The position numbers were made by a program, and so were the translations under genes. 56,257 bases of DNA from Candidatus Micrarchaeota archaeon (GTDB lineage: Archaea; Micrarchaeota; Micrarchaeia; Anstonellales; J096): contig JAUQPY010000013.1 of the NCBI GenBank assembly GCA_030550115.1, forward strand, positions 1-56,257, written 5' to 3'. The first letter of the stretch is position 1; each line of letters begins with the position of its first letter. The notes under the pieces were generated by a model. The model was not told the origin of the DNA. It worked only from the letters and a program-made list of their open reading frames with translations, and made no database searches. Positions 35,259 through 44,646 of the stretch are shown piece after piece.

Positions 35259-37907
35259 ATGAACAGCGTTCTAGCACTGAGTAGCTTGCTTAGCACAGGA
35301 TTATCAAAACTGGCAAAGAGAGTACCTCAAGAGCTACTGAATGATTATCTGAAGCTCCTAAACATCCTATATAATATCCCAAATCAATACAACTATGACC
35401 CTTCACTGAATGATCTGGCGTTAACTATTATGAGAGGTAAGTACTATCTCAGAGACGAGAAAGGGGAATTTCTGGAGCATCATCCTGAAGATGTCTATAG
35501 GAGAGTGGCTGCATTTATAGCTGCAATAGATAATTCTGACGCTAAGCACGAACTTGCAATTAGATTTTTTGAGTTAATGCGAAAAGGTTACTTTATACCT
35601 GGTGGGAGGGTATTAGCAGGAGCTGGAGATTTATACAGATTGAAAACACTGGCAAATTGTTTTGTATCAATTATTCAAGATGATAGTATTGAGAGTATTT
35701 ATAGAACAGCCTATGAGGCTGCAAGAACATATAGCTATGGAGGTGGTATAGGTATTGATATATCTGTTCTGAGACCGGCTGGGGCAGTAGTTCATAATGC
35801 TAGTAATACTTCTACTGGAGCTGTATCTTTTATGCAATTGTATTCACTTACCACAGGTCTGATAGGTCAGGAAGGTAGAAGAGGCGCTCTAATGCTTACA
35901 ATACACGTTAAACACCCAGATATTATGAATTTTATACTAGCAAAGAGTTTTCCCAATTATGATTCTAAAATGGCAGCAGATCTAATACGTAATGATCTTG
36001 GATTGGATGAGATTGCATATCGCAAAGTTCTTAAGAGAATCATAGAGAACTTTCAGGTTAGATATGCGAACATAAGCATTAAATTCACAGATGAATTCTT
36101 CAGTGCTCTAAATGAACAGAATGAATATGATGGTAAAATAGTGGTTTATAGAGTGAGAAATTATTCGCAAGATGAATATGAGCAAGATTATGAAACAATT
36201 CATTACAGTTACGATATCCCTAGCAAGGATATTTCAAAATACGAATTCGTTGGAGCATATAATAGCATATCAGAATTGAATTCTAGTTTGGGTTTAGATA
36301 TGAGACAGCAAGATTTGGAAGATGTGTGGAATAGAGATATATATGGGGATTATATAGTGCGAAAGGGTGAGGAAACATTTGCAATAAGATATGCAGGAGA
36401 TTTTCTAACAGTTTTCAGAAATAGAGAAGCTGGTGAGATCAGGAGAATGTACAAAGCTAGAGATATATGGAATGCATTTGTTATTGGCAACTATAACTTT
36501 GCCGAACCAGGTTTAATATTCTGGAGTAAGATGAGTAAGTATAGTAACAGTAATTATGTTGGTAGGCCTATCATAGGAACAAATCCTTGCAGTGAGGTGC
36601 CTCTAGAGGATGGAGGAGCATGTAATCTTGGGAGTATAAATCTTGTTAGATTTGTGAAAAATCCTTTCCAGACTAATGCATATATAGATTATGCACTGCT
36701 GGATGAAGTATTGAGAGATGTTGTAAGATTCATGGATAATGTTGTGGAGTGGAATATAATACTGCATCCTCTTGAAAAGCAGAGAGAAGCAAGTAGAGAG
36801 ACTAGGAGAGTAGGTATCGGTGTTATGGGCATAGCAGATATGTTTTTAGCAATGAATATTGCTTATGATAGTGACCAGGCCCTACAGCTACTTGAGGAGG
36901 TTATGTCTTTTATAGCTAATAGAACATATTTCTGGTCTGCAGAGTTGGCAAAGGAACGGGGAAGTTTTCCAGCTCTTAAAAATGTAGATCAGATTTTTAA
37001 ATCTCCATTCATACAAGAGGCCATAGATAAAAAAGTTCAGGAGCATATAAGAAAGAATGGTCTAAGAAATGTTGCTCTGTTGAGTATTGCACCTACTGGT
37101 AGTATTAGTAATATTGTAGTCAGCTTTGAAGGCGCTACTCGTGATGATGGGATGATACAAGTATATACAGGAGTATCTGGAGGGATTGAACCTATTTTCA
37201 GTTTATTCTATACCAGATATTCTGAAAATCTCAAGAGAACTTTCTATGTATTTCATTCAACTGTAAGATACTGGTTAGATGCTAGAGGAATAGATGTGAA
37301 CTCGATTGATAATGAAAAATTGATCGATGAATTGCTGCCAGAGCATTTCAAGAGAACTGCGCATAAGATAGACTGGAAGATGAGAATAAAAGTTCAAGGA
37401 GTGGCCCAGAAATATGTCGATCATAGCATAAGTTCAACTATAAATTTGCCCGAAGATGTTGATCCTGAGAAGATATCTGAACTTTATGTAGAAGCCTGGA
37501 GAAACGGACTCAAAGGAATAACTATATATAGAGAAGGGAGTAGATTCGCCATACTTAATACTGGGAATAGGAGTGAGAATCTGGAAAGATTTAAGAGTAG
37601 AAAATACAGAGTGATAACAAAAGATGGTGTGAAGGAGGTTGCAGGATTGGAAGTGTTTATAGGTAAAGACAATCGATTATATACCCCATATCATGCTCAG
37701 CTAAAAGGAGCAGATGTATTTCTAGACAATACTAGTAATTTCCTTTTCAAGGGTGATAATGGGGTTGCAAGATCAAACACAAAACAGAAGTCAGATTGGG
37801 ATAATGAGAATTTAGCAAAATGTCCTAATTGTGGAGAACATGCCCTAAGGATAGAGAATGGATGCCATACCTGTTTGAATTGTGGGTATAGTAAGTGTGA
37901 TATGTGA
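35259..37907 (+). CDS. nrdJ: Ribonucleoside-triphosphate/diphosphate reductase, class II (adenosylcobalamin-dependent)
   Basis: GGGIGIDISVLRP, TNPCSEVPLEDGGACNLGSINL, SISSTINLP, and a C-terminal Zn ribbon CPNCGEH...CHTCLNCGYSKC. Confidence 0.9.
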   Translation: MNSVLALSSLLSTGLSKLAKRVPQELLNDYLKLLNILYNIPNQYNYDPSLNDLALTIMRGKYYLRDEKGEFLEHHPEDVYRRVAAFIAAIDNSDAKHELAIRFFELMRKGYFIPGGRVLAGAGDLYRLKTLANCFVSIIQDDSIESIYRTAYEAARTYSYGGGIGIDISVLRPAGAVVHNASNTSTGAVSFMQLYSLTTGLIGQEGRRGALMLTIHVKHPDIMNFILAKSFPNYDSKMAADLIRNDLGLDEIAYRKVLKRIIENFQVRYANISIKFTDEFFSALNEQNEYDGKIVVYRVRNYSQDEYEQDYETIHYSYDIPSKDISKYEFVGAYNSISELNSSLGLDMRQQDLEDVWNRDIYGDYIVRKGEETFAIRYAGDFLTVFRNREAGEIRRMYKARDIWNAFVIGNYNFAEPGLIFWSKMSKYSNSNYVGRPIIGTNPCSEVPLEDGGACNLGSINLVRFVKNPFQTNAYIDYALLDEVLRDVVRFMDNVVEWNIILHPLEKQREASRETRRVGIGVMGIADMFLAMNIAYDSDQALQLLEEVMSFIANRTYFWSAELAKERGSFPALKNVDQIFKSPFIQEAIDKKVQEHIRKNGLRNVALLSIAPTGSISNIVVSFEGATRDDGMIQVYTGVSGGIEPIFSLFYTRYSENLKRTFYVFHSTVRYWLDARGIDVNSIDNEKLIDELLPEHFKRTAHKIDWKMRIKVQGVAQKYVDHSISSTINLPEDVDPEKISELYVEAWRNGLKGITIYREGSRFAILNTGNRSENLERFKSRKYRVITKDGVKEVAGLEVFIGKDNRLYTPYHAQLKGADVFLDNTSNFLFKGDNGVARSNTKQKSDWDNENLAKCPNCGEHALRIENGCHTCLNCGYSKCDM

Positions 37908-37909
37908 AT

Positions 37910-38359
37910 ATGATGATCAATCGAAAGGATCTAATCCAAATAAACGAGCATATGATGAAACATCTAGATCATAAGACTATCCAAGAGGGTTATGGAAAAT
38001 TTAAAGAGAGATATGAATATTTATTAAAGAATTTCTCCCCTGATATCGCTAGATTAGAGGAATTGTGGAGAGAAATAAAGAGGATCCAAGAGCATAGAAG
38101 GCATTATATAGCATTGGAGTTTGAAGTTTCTCCTGATAATAATCTCAGGATGATGTTGGAATTCCATAACAGATATACAAAAGAATTACTCATCAAATTC
38201 TATCCAGATAGAGGGAAGGAGTTTGTAGAGAATGAATTAAGAGAATATATAGAAAGTAGAAATCGCATAGAATTATTCGACGCATATTTTATGCTATTCC
38301 AGTATGCTATATCAGATGCTAATATAGTATTTCTGTTAGATAGATTCACTTTTAAATGA
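37910..38359 (+). CDS. Hypothetical protein (~149 aa) immediately downstream of nrdJ
   Basis: The first ATG lies 2 nt after the nrdJ stop; the track start 37904 is a GTG overlapping the stop. No recognisable motif. Confidence 0.5.
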   Translation: MMINRKDLIQINEHMMKHLDHKTIQEGYGKFKERYEYLLKNFSPDIARLEELWREIKRIQEHRRHYIALEFEVSPDNNLRMMLEFHNRYTKELLIKFYPDRGKEFVENELREYIESRNRIELFDAYFMLFQYAISDANIVFLLDRFTFK

Positions 38360-38383
38360 ATTTTTAATCAAAAAATTTCAACA

Positions 38384-38542
38384 GAGGGGGAGGGGGGTCA
38401 CTTCCAAGTTTGATGGGGGGAGATAAACAGTTGCGCGCATTTGTAAATTTTACAAAATTATTATTAAAAAACTCCATTTTTACAAAAATTGTTTCATTTC
38501 AAATCAAGGGTCTTTGATTTTGGAACTGACCCCTCCCCCCTC
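38384..38542. repeat. GC-rich imperfect inverted repeat (arms 38384-38407 and 38520-38542) enclosing a 112-nt AT-rich, palindrome-rich core
   Basis: The left arm GAGGGGGAGGGGGGTCACTTCCAA faces the right arm TTGGAACTGACCCCTCCCCCCTC. Inside are TTTGTAAA-T-TTTACAAA (38440-38456), TTTTTACAAAAA (38477-38488) and the hairpin AAATCAA-GGGTCT-TTGATTT (38501-38520). Confidence 0.7.
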
Positions 38543-38565
38543 CGCCGTAATTTTTAAAATAAAAT

Positions 38566-40065
38566 TTAACTTTTGAGTGAAACTATGATCAGTGACACCA
38601 TAGTATATAGGGACAGCTGAATTATCCAATAGGGTGATCTATATATGTTGGACAGCATAGCAATACCACTACCAACTACTATCACTGGAAGATACATAAG
38701 TATTTCTAATTCTATACCGACCATCTCTTTTGTAAACTCATATAGAGAAGAATATATTATGGGTAGAATTATGAATGATATCATAATAGTGTATTTAAAA
38801 GTAGATAGCTCAGCTTCCATCTCCTTTCTAAGATTTAACATATTCACAAACATATCTAACCACTCATTCATTCTATCATGAGATGAAATACCTGAGTAGT
38901 ATATGTACTCAAGATTCTTGATAAAAACTTTAACATATCCGGATGGTAATCTATATAGATAATCGAATATCTCTCTAATAGATACTCCAGAGTTTAACAT
39001 TTTCAGAGTCCTAGATGAAATATCACTCCATTTACCTAAACCTGCATCTTTGACTCTCTTTAGAAACATATTCATATCAAATCTAGGTAACGATGATAAT
39101 ATCAATGAAACCTCTAGAAGATATCTCTCCAATTCTTTTTGAAGCTCTATATTTTGGATATTATGGAAATTATAATATATGTAGATTATAGATACCAATG
39201 TATATAGTAACGCTAGCCATAAGATTTCCATTTGAAAATAGAAAGCTATTATCATAACAAACCAATTCAGAAGGAGAGGGGTAGGATCTGAACTCTGTTG
39301 TATTAAATAATTACTAGGGAATATCAAAGAGATAATATAAATGAATATAAGCAGAATCATGGGTAAGAGAACTGTAAATATAGGTATTATATTCGGTATG
39401 GGTTGTTCGGATGCCAAACTCATTATTGTGACTAGAATAGTATATACAGGAAATAGTAATAATATCACCATATAGAATTGTGATAGTATCTGTAACTTAT
39501 TACTGAATTCTTTCATATCTAACATCTGTTCTCGCAATAATTGCATTCCAAGATGTTTTAGCTCCTTAGGTGATCCTGCTGATATGGAGTTTATGAGCTG
39601 AAATACAGCTATCTGTATTTTTCTATCTTTAAATCTATTGGCAAATGATATGAACACTTCATTAATACTCTCTTTTCCTGTTTCTAATCTATTCATGTAT
39701 GGTTTGAAATACTTAGCTATGGAATTAGTATCATTCGTAGCTAACCTAATAGATTCTAATACATTAAGCCCCAATAACATTCCAGAACCAATATCCAAGA
39801 TGAATTTAGGCAATTCTGAACGAATCTCGTGTATGGTTTTCCTATATAGAAATATTGGATAGAGCAATCCAGCAATAGTTACCAATAATCCTAATAATAA
39901 GAAATATTCAGAAATGAATGATAGAACCAGGGCAAGAAGTATAATTGCCGCAAGAGCTGTTAAGTACTTTGAACTTGATACTGGTATATTTAAAACAATA
40001 AACAACCTATCATAGTATTCAGAATATAATATTGGAGGAAACTGATCTATAAGCTTAGATATCAT
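38566..40065 (-). CDS. Polytopic membrane protein, TadC/FlaJ/PilC-like pilus platform (T2SS-F family)
   Basis: 499 aa with many hydrophobic helices arranged as two similar halves. It overlaps the 3' end of the secretion ATPase gene upstream of it. Confidence 0.65.
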   Translation of the reverse strand: MISKLIDQFPPILYSEYYDRLFIVLNIPVSSSKYLTALAAIILLALVLSFISEYFLLLGLLVTIAGLLYPIFLYRKTIHEIRSELPKFILDIGSGMLLGLNVLESIRLATNDTNSIAKYFKPYMNRLETGKESINEVFISFANRFKDRKIQIAVFQLINSISAGSPKELKHLGMQLLREQMLDMKEFSNKLQILSQFYMVILLLFPVYTILVTIMSLASEQPIPNIIPIFTVLLPMILLIFIYIISLIFPSNYLIQQSSDPTPLLLNWFVMIIAFYFQMEILWLALLYTLVSIIYIYYNFHNIQNIELQKELERYLLEVSLILSSLPRFDMNMFLKRVKDAGLGKWSDISSRTLKMLNSGVSIREIFDYLYRLPSGYVKVFIKNLEYIYYSGISSHDRMNEWLDMFVNMLNLRKEMEAELSTFKYTIMISFIILPIIYSSLYEFTKEMVGIELEILMYLPVIVVGSGIAMLSNIYRSPYWIIQLSLYTMVSLIIVSLKS

Positions 40066-41341
40066 AACCTAATATCTCTCTCTGATATTCTAAAAATAGC
40101 TTTGAGAAATCCCCTCTCCTATTTGAAATAAAATCTAGAATTCTGTTATACTTGTATTCTATCCATGTCTGATCTATGTACAATTTTTCCTTAAGAATTT
40201 GGATTATCCCTTCATGATCTATTCCACTATCTAATTTGAATAGTACTCTATTTTCAGGAACATATATCATTTCAATACCTCTTCTTAATTCTACCAATCT
40301 ATTATCAACCTCTCTTAACAATCTTTTTTGTATGATTATGAAATCTATTGCCTCTATATCACTTTTAGATACTCCGTAACTAAGCATTCTACTTACTAAT
40401 TCTCTACTAGAGTGTGCGTGAAATGTTGCATACGTTCCTCTTGCCTGTCCGGATAGGACTACATCTATAAAAGCCTTAACTTCATCCGGTTTACGAACCT
40501 CCCCTACTATTGTTCTATCACTTCGCATTCTAAGTGTATCATATACTAAATCTCTAAAAGATATTCCCAGATCTGTATTCTCTACTAATCTAACTTGCTG
40601 AGGGTGATCAACCCTTATCTCTGGAGTTTCCTCTACAATTACGATTCGATCTCCATATGGTATAAAAGATAATAGAGAATTCAGAAAACTGGTCTTACCA
40701 GATCCGGTATTACCAGCTATTATTACTGATGAGTCTGTTAACATGATGAGTGCTAGATATGCCATCAATTCTTTTGGATATACAGATCTATCTATAAAAT
40801 CCAGATAGCTTAACCTATCCTTTCGTAGGATTCTTATTGTCATTTCACATTCAGAAACAGGATCTATTGTTGCATGGATTCTATAGTTGTCAAGACTTGC
40901 GTTTAGTCTAGGGTTTCTAAGAGTTATTCTTCTATTTGATTTATGAGCTAATCTATTCACAAGATCTATAAAATATTCTCTAGAAGAGATAGCTACATTA
41001 GTAGATTTCCATCCATCTTGATAAACATATATTGGTTTATTCAGTCCTATAACTGCTATTTCCTCAATATTACTCATTTTTAGAATATCCTCTAGATATC
41101 CCAACCCAAGGTAAAATTTGTCTATATATCTAACCATTCTATCGCGTTGAACTGGTTTGAGCATTACTCTATTTTTGGCCGCAAAATCATCCAGTAGCAC
41201 ACCTATCCTACTATGATCTATATTCTCCCTAACGATTAAATCCTGTAGGAATTCTTGAATAAAGAGATATTCGTCTTTGGATAATTGTACTGTATCTAAC
41301 TTTATATCCCCTCCTTCTAGAACCCTCCAACTAGAGTTCAT
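40055..41341 (-). CDS. Type II/IV secretion system ATPase (FlaI/PilB/VirB11 family)
   Basis: Walker A GNTGSGKTSFLNS, Walker B-like RIVIVEET, and His-box-like TYATFHAHS. Confidence 0.85.
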   Translation of the reverse strand: MNSSWRVLEGGDIKLDTVQLSKDEYLFIQEFLQDLIVRENIDHSRIGVLLDDFAAKNRVMLKPVQRDRMVRYIDKFYLGLGYLEDILKMSNIEEIAVIGLNKPIYVYQDGWKSTNVAISSREYFIDLVNRLAHKSNRRITLRNPRLNASLDNYRIHATIDPVSECEMTIRILRKDRLSYLDFIDRSVYPKELMAYLALIMLTDSSVIIAGNTGSGKTSFLNSLLSFIPYGDRIVIVEETPEIRVDHPQQVRLVENTDLGISFRDLVYDTLRMRSDRTIVGEVRKPDEVKAFIDVVLSGQARGTYATFHAHSSRELVSRMLSYGVSKSDIEAIDFIIIQKRLLREVDNRLVELRRGIEMIYVPENRVLFKLDSGIDHEGIIQILKEKLYIDQTWIEYKYNRILDFISNRRGDFSKLFLEYQREILGYDI

Positions 41342-41736
41342 GAGATATTGAACTCTTCTCTCAATATCTTACTTGCCCTCTGATTATCATTAGTGTCTAC
41401 CATCAGATACGTTTTCCCACCTACTCTATCTATAACATTAGAAGATCTTATCTCTATATTGTTATCCACCAACATTCTAACCATTTTTGCTAATTGTCCT
41501 GGCCTATCATCCAACTCCACTATTATAGAATCACTCTGTACAACGTTCCATCTTGTGTTAGCAATCTCTTTGGCCTTATCAAAATCCTTATCCTCCAATA
41601 GCAGAGATATTATCATTACCTCTCCAACATTGTATGTTCTTATACTAGCTATGTTGATGTTGTTATCAGCCATAGCTGATGCTACCTCTAACAATAGGAA
41701 AGGTCTGTAATGTTCAATTATCTTAAGTTCTCGCAT
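41338..41736 (-). CDS. Tandem ACT-domain protein (132 aa)
   Basis: Two ACT-like halves (LLLEVASAMADNNINIASI.. and IIVELDDRPGQLAKMVRMLVDNNIEIRS..). The start is moved to ATG 41736. Its stop overlaps the ATPase start (ATGA). Confidence 0.6.
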   Translation of the reverse strand: MRELKIIEHYRPFLLLEVASAMADNNINIASIRTYNVGEVMIISLLLEDKDFDKAKEIANTRWNVVQSDSIIVELDDRPGQLAKMVRMLVDNNIEIRSSNVIDRVGGKTYLMVDTNDNQRASKILREEFNIS

Positions 41737-41789
41737 AACAAATATTATTATAAATCGTATTTTTAAATAGTTTCGCGTATATATATAAC

Positions 41790-42323
41790 ATGGAAAATGA
41801 TTTAATTTTAGAATTGAGAAAATTACTTGATGAAAATGATGTGAGAAAAATTTTGGTTGATGAGTTGGGGGAAGGATCATTACAGATAATTCAATATTTT
41901 ATGAACTCTCCTGTCGATAAGGCGTTCACAGATGATCAAATAGCTAGAGATCTTAATATGCCTGTGAAGGAGGTTAGAGAGGTGTTAAATCAAATGTACA
42001 ATTACGGGATTACTATGTATGAGAAGCATAGTGATGTTAGACCAGGTTGGTATGAATTCTACTGGAAGCCTGATCTTCAGGAGTTGATAATATGGATAAG
42101 GAAGAACACTTATGACAAATTGGAAACTTTGAAAAATAGATTAGCATTAGGAGAGGAATTGTATTATTGTAAAAATTGCTCTAGTAGATTTGATCTGAAA
42201 GTATATGATTTTGAGAAGGCTATGAACCTGCACTATAGATGTGAGGTATGTAATGGAAATCTTATGCTACTGGATGAAGATATTGTGATAAATTACGAGA
42301 GATCTGGTGAAGATGATAAGTAG
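41790..42323 (+). CDS. tfe: Transcription factor E (TFE-alpha/TFIIE-alpha-like), copy 1
   Basis: N-terminal winged helix (..IIQYFMNSPVDKAFTDDQIARDLNMPVKEVREVLNQM..) plus Zn ribbon YYCKNCSS...YRCEVCNGNL. Confidence 0.75.
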   Translation: MENDLILELRKLLDENDVRKILVDELGEGSLQIIQYFMNSPVDKAFTDDQIARDLNMPVKEVREVLNQMYNYGITMYEKHSDVRPGWYEFYWKPDLQELIIWIRKNTYDKLETLKNRLALGEELYYCKNCSSRFDLKVYDFEKAMNLHYRCEVCNGNLMLLDEDIVINYERSGEDDK

Positions 42324-42822
42324 AAATGCAAGATTAGATGAACTCCTTGAGTTAAATATTGTTCGAAAGAGAATTGTAGATGATTTTGGAGAGGATGCAA
42401 TCCAACTCATAAGATATATGCGTGGTAGATCAGAGGTTAGTGATGCCAACATCGTCCAGGATACGGGAATACCTGAGAAATCTGTTCAGAAGAGCTTGCT
42501 CAAAATGCAAGATAGGAATGTGATGGATTGTAAGAAACTCGTTGATGATAAAGGATATATAACATACCTATGGTCTCTTGATGAGAATGGTCTTCTGGAA
42601 TATCTGGAGAAGAATGTCTTTGGTGTATTTGATGAACTCATTATTCAGTTGGAAGAGGGGGTTGAGCTCTATTATTGCTCTTCCTGTTCCAAAGAGAGTC
42701 CTTTGTATTTCAGCTATGAGGATTCTTTAGCTTATAAATTTAAATGCCCAAATTGTGGATCCAAATTAGAACCACTGACACCTGAAATCGTTCACAAGCT
42801 TAAGGAAGAATATATGAAATGA
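42307..42822 (+). CDS. Transcription factor E-like paralog, copy 2
   Basis: Same architecture: ..AIQLIRYMRGRSEVSDANIVQDTGIPEKSVQKSLLKM.. plus YYCSSCSK...FKCPNCGSKL. It overlaps copy 1 by 17 nt. Confidence 0.7.
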   Translation: MKMISRNARLDELLELNIVRKRIVDDFGEDAIQLIRYMRGRSEVSDANIVQDTGIPEKSVQKSLLKMQDRNVMDCKKLVDDKGYITYLWSLDENGLLEYLEKNVFGVFDELIIQLEEGVELYYCSSCSKESPLYFSYEDSLAYKFKCPNCGSKLEPLTPEIVHKLKEEYMK

Positions 42823-42850
42823 TTTTAAACATTATTCGGATATTCAATTC

Positions 42851-43471
42851 ATGGAATACCCTTATAGAGTTGGGGCAATAAACAGAGGAGGAAGAAACTA
42901 TATTCTAAGGCTATATCCTATTCAGAGGGGACTTGAGTATCTCCCTGGACAGTTTATAAATATTTTGTATTCTAATTTGGAAAGATCCTACTCTATAGCA
43001 TCCCATCCTAGCTATCCATATTTAGAACTGTTCATTACAAATATCGGTGGAGCTTTTACTTCTAAGCTGGATGAACTCTATGGAAAAGAAGTTATAGTAA
43101 AAGGACCATACGGTAGATTTACGTATCATAATCAGAAAAGCGCAGTTTTCATTTCTACAGGATCAGGAATCGCTCCTATTATGAGCATCCTTAGACATAT
43201 TTACTCATCTGAGCTAGAAGGAGATTTTTATTTATTCTCAAGCTTTAGATTTAGGGAAGAGAATTTATATGAATCTGAGCTTAGATTGATGTCTAGGCTT
43301 GGATTGAATATAGATATAAGATATACTGGTGAAGGAGATAGTAGATTTAATATAGAAGATTTTAGAGAATACAAAGAAATAGATATGTATTTATGTGGTA
43401 ATAGGGAGTTCATTATGAATATAGTTAGAGAGCTAAAACCCAGAAGAGTATTTGTGGAAACATGGGGTTAG
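42851..43471 (+). CDS. Ferredoxin-NADP reductase-like FAD/NAD(P)-binding oxidoreductase (PyrK-like, no Fe-S tail)
   Basis: PGQFINIL...RSYSIAS...KGPYG...FISTGSGIAPIMSIL. Confidence 0.7.
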   Translation: MEYPYRVGAINRGGRNYILRLYPIQRGLEYLPGQFINILYSNLERSYSIASHPSYPYLELFITNIGGAFTSKLDELYGKEVIVKGPYGRFTYHNQKSAVFISTGSGIAPIMSILRHIYSSELEGDFYLFSSFRFREENLYESELRLMSRLGLNIDIRYTGEGDSRFNIEDFREYKEIDMYLCGNREFIMNIVRELKPRRVFVETWG

Positions 43472-44646
43472 AGTTCTTAGATCGATTAAAGAACGAGCTA
43501 AAACCAGATACGGAGGAGGCTTTAAGAGTGGCTCAGAGTATAAAGAGTCTTCTAGGGCTTGATCTGAAGCTATACGGATCCGTAGCGAAGGGTACTAATC
43601 TCAGAGGAGATTATGATCTGGATATGTTCTACGAAACCAATGGTGATAAACATAAGGGATTTGAAGAGATTCTAAATGCTGTAAAGGTCAGAGGTTTGGA
43701 TTACATGATAAAATATTCTGAACATCCATACGTAAAGGTAAGGTATATGGGATATAATATTGATCTAGTACCCATATCCTCTACCCATCGTAGTGCTGTG
43801 GATAGAACTCCACTTCATTATAGATATGTAATATCAAAATTAGATGACAATAAGAGAGATGAAGTTAGATTGTTAAAGAGGTTTATGAAGACTTTAGGGT
43901 TGTATGGGGCTGATAATCGAGTGAATGGTTTCTCCGGATACCTATGTGAATTACTGATAATTAAATATGGGGATTTCCTATCAGTATTGGAATCTGCGAG
44001 CAAATGGAAAATACCGGTTAGAATTGAGCTAGAGACCAAATCTGAAAGAGAATTCTCCGATCCTATGATTGTGATAGACCCAACAGATGCTAATAGAAAT
44101 GCTGGAGCAGCTGTATCTCTATCAACACTATCTAGGTTTATTATATATTCTAAAGGATTTATCAAATCCCCTTCTGAGCAGTATTTCCATATAGGAAGGG
44201 AGAATAGATCTGGTGAATTTGGGGTACTTCTAAGCAATCCATATGAATTAGAGGATAAATCATATGGTATGTTAAGGAGAATTGGTAAGGCCTGGAGAGA
44301 TTATCTGGAGAAGAATAAGATATTCATAGAGTATCTTCATGTTTTGGTTAGAGATAAATATGCATACATAGGAGGAATCCCAATTATGTCTAAGATACAG
44401 TATGCAGAACTAACCCCTGGACCATCTGTGGATATCTTTGAAAGATTGGAAACAGGATATTTGAAAGATGAAAGATTTTATATTCCAAGATATTTTATAA
44501 ATGACATAGACAATCTGACAGAGAAATTTATATCTGATCACAATTTAAGAGGATTCTCTGTTATAAAAATAGGATACGATTTACCTGAGTTTAGAGATAT
44601 GTTAGAAGTGGAATATTGGAGAGAGAAGATGTTACTCAGGATCTAA
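43462..44646 (+). CDS. cca: CCA-adding enzyme (archaeal class I tRNA nucleotidyltransferase)
   Basis: LKLYGSVAKGTNLRGDYDLDMF..., SEHPYVKV, DLVP, VDRTPLH and RLLKRFMK motifs. Confidence 0.85.
   Translation: MGLEFLDRLKNELKPDTEEALRVAQSIKSLLGLDLKLYGSVAKGTNLRGDYDLDMFYETNGDKHKGFEEILNAVKVRGLDYMIKYSEHPYVKVRYMGYNIDLVPISSTHRSAVDRTPLHYRYVISKLDDNKRDEVRLLKRFMKTLGLYGADNRVNGFSGYLCELLIIKYGDFLSVLESASKWKIPVRIELETKSEREFSDPMIVIDPTDANRNAGAAVSLSTLSRFIIYSKGFIKSPSEQYFHIGRENRSGEFGVLLSNPYELEDKSYGMLRRIGKAWRDYLEKNKIFIEYLHVLVRDKYAYIGGIPIMSKIQYAELTPGPSVDIFERLETGYLKDERFYIPRYFINDIDNLTEKFISDHNLRGFSVIKIGYDLPEFRDMLEVEYWREKMLLRI

Noticed and set aside
35259-37907. Possible intein or insertion in the 882-aa ribonucleotide reductase
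   Set aside because: There are no intein splice-junction or homing-endonuclease motifs. The length and motif order fit monomeric class II NrdJ with a C-terminal Zn ribbon.
38384-38542. C/D box sRNA interpretation (UGAUGG at 38411-38416, CUGA at 38526-38529)
   Set aside because: The C box is imperfect, and the CUGA lies inside the long helix rather than next to a short terminal stem. The element is about three times the usual archaeal C/D sRNA length, and there are no D'/C' boxes.
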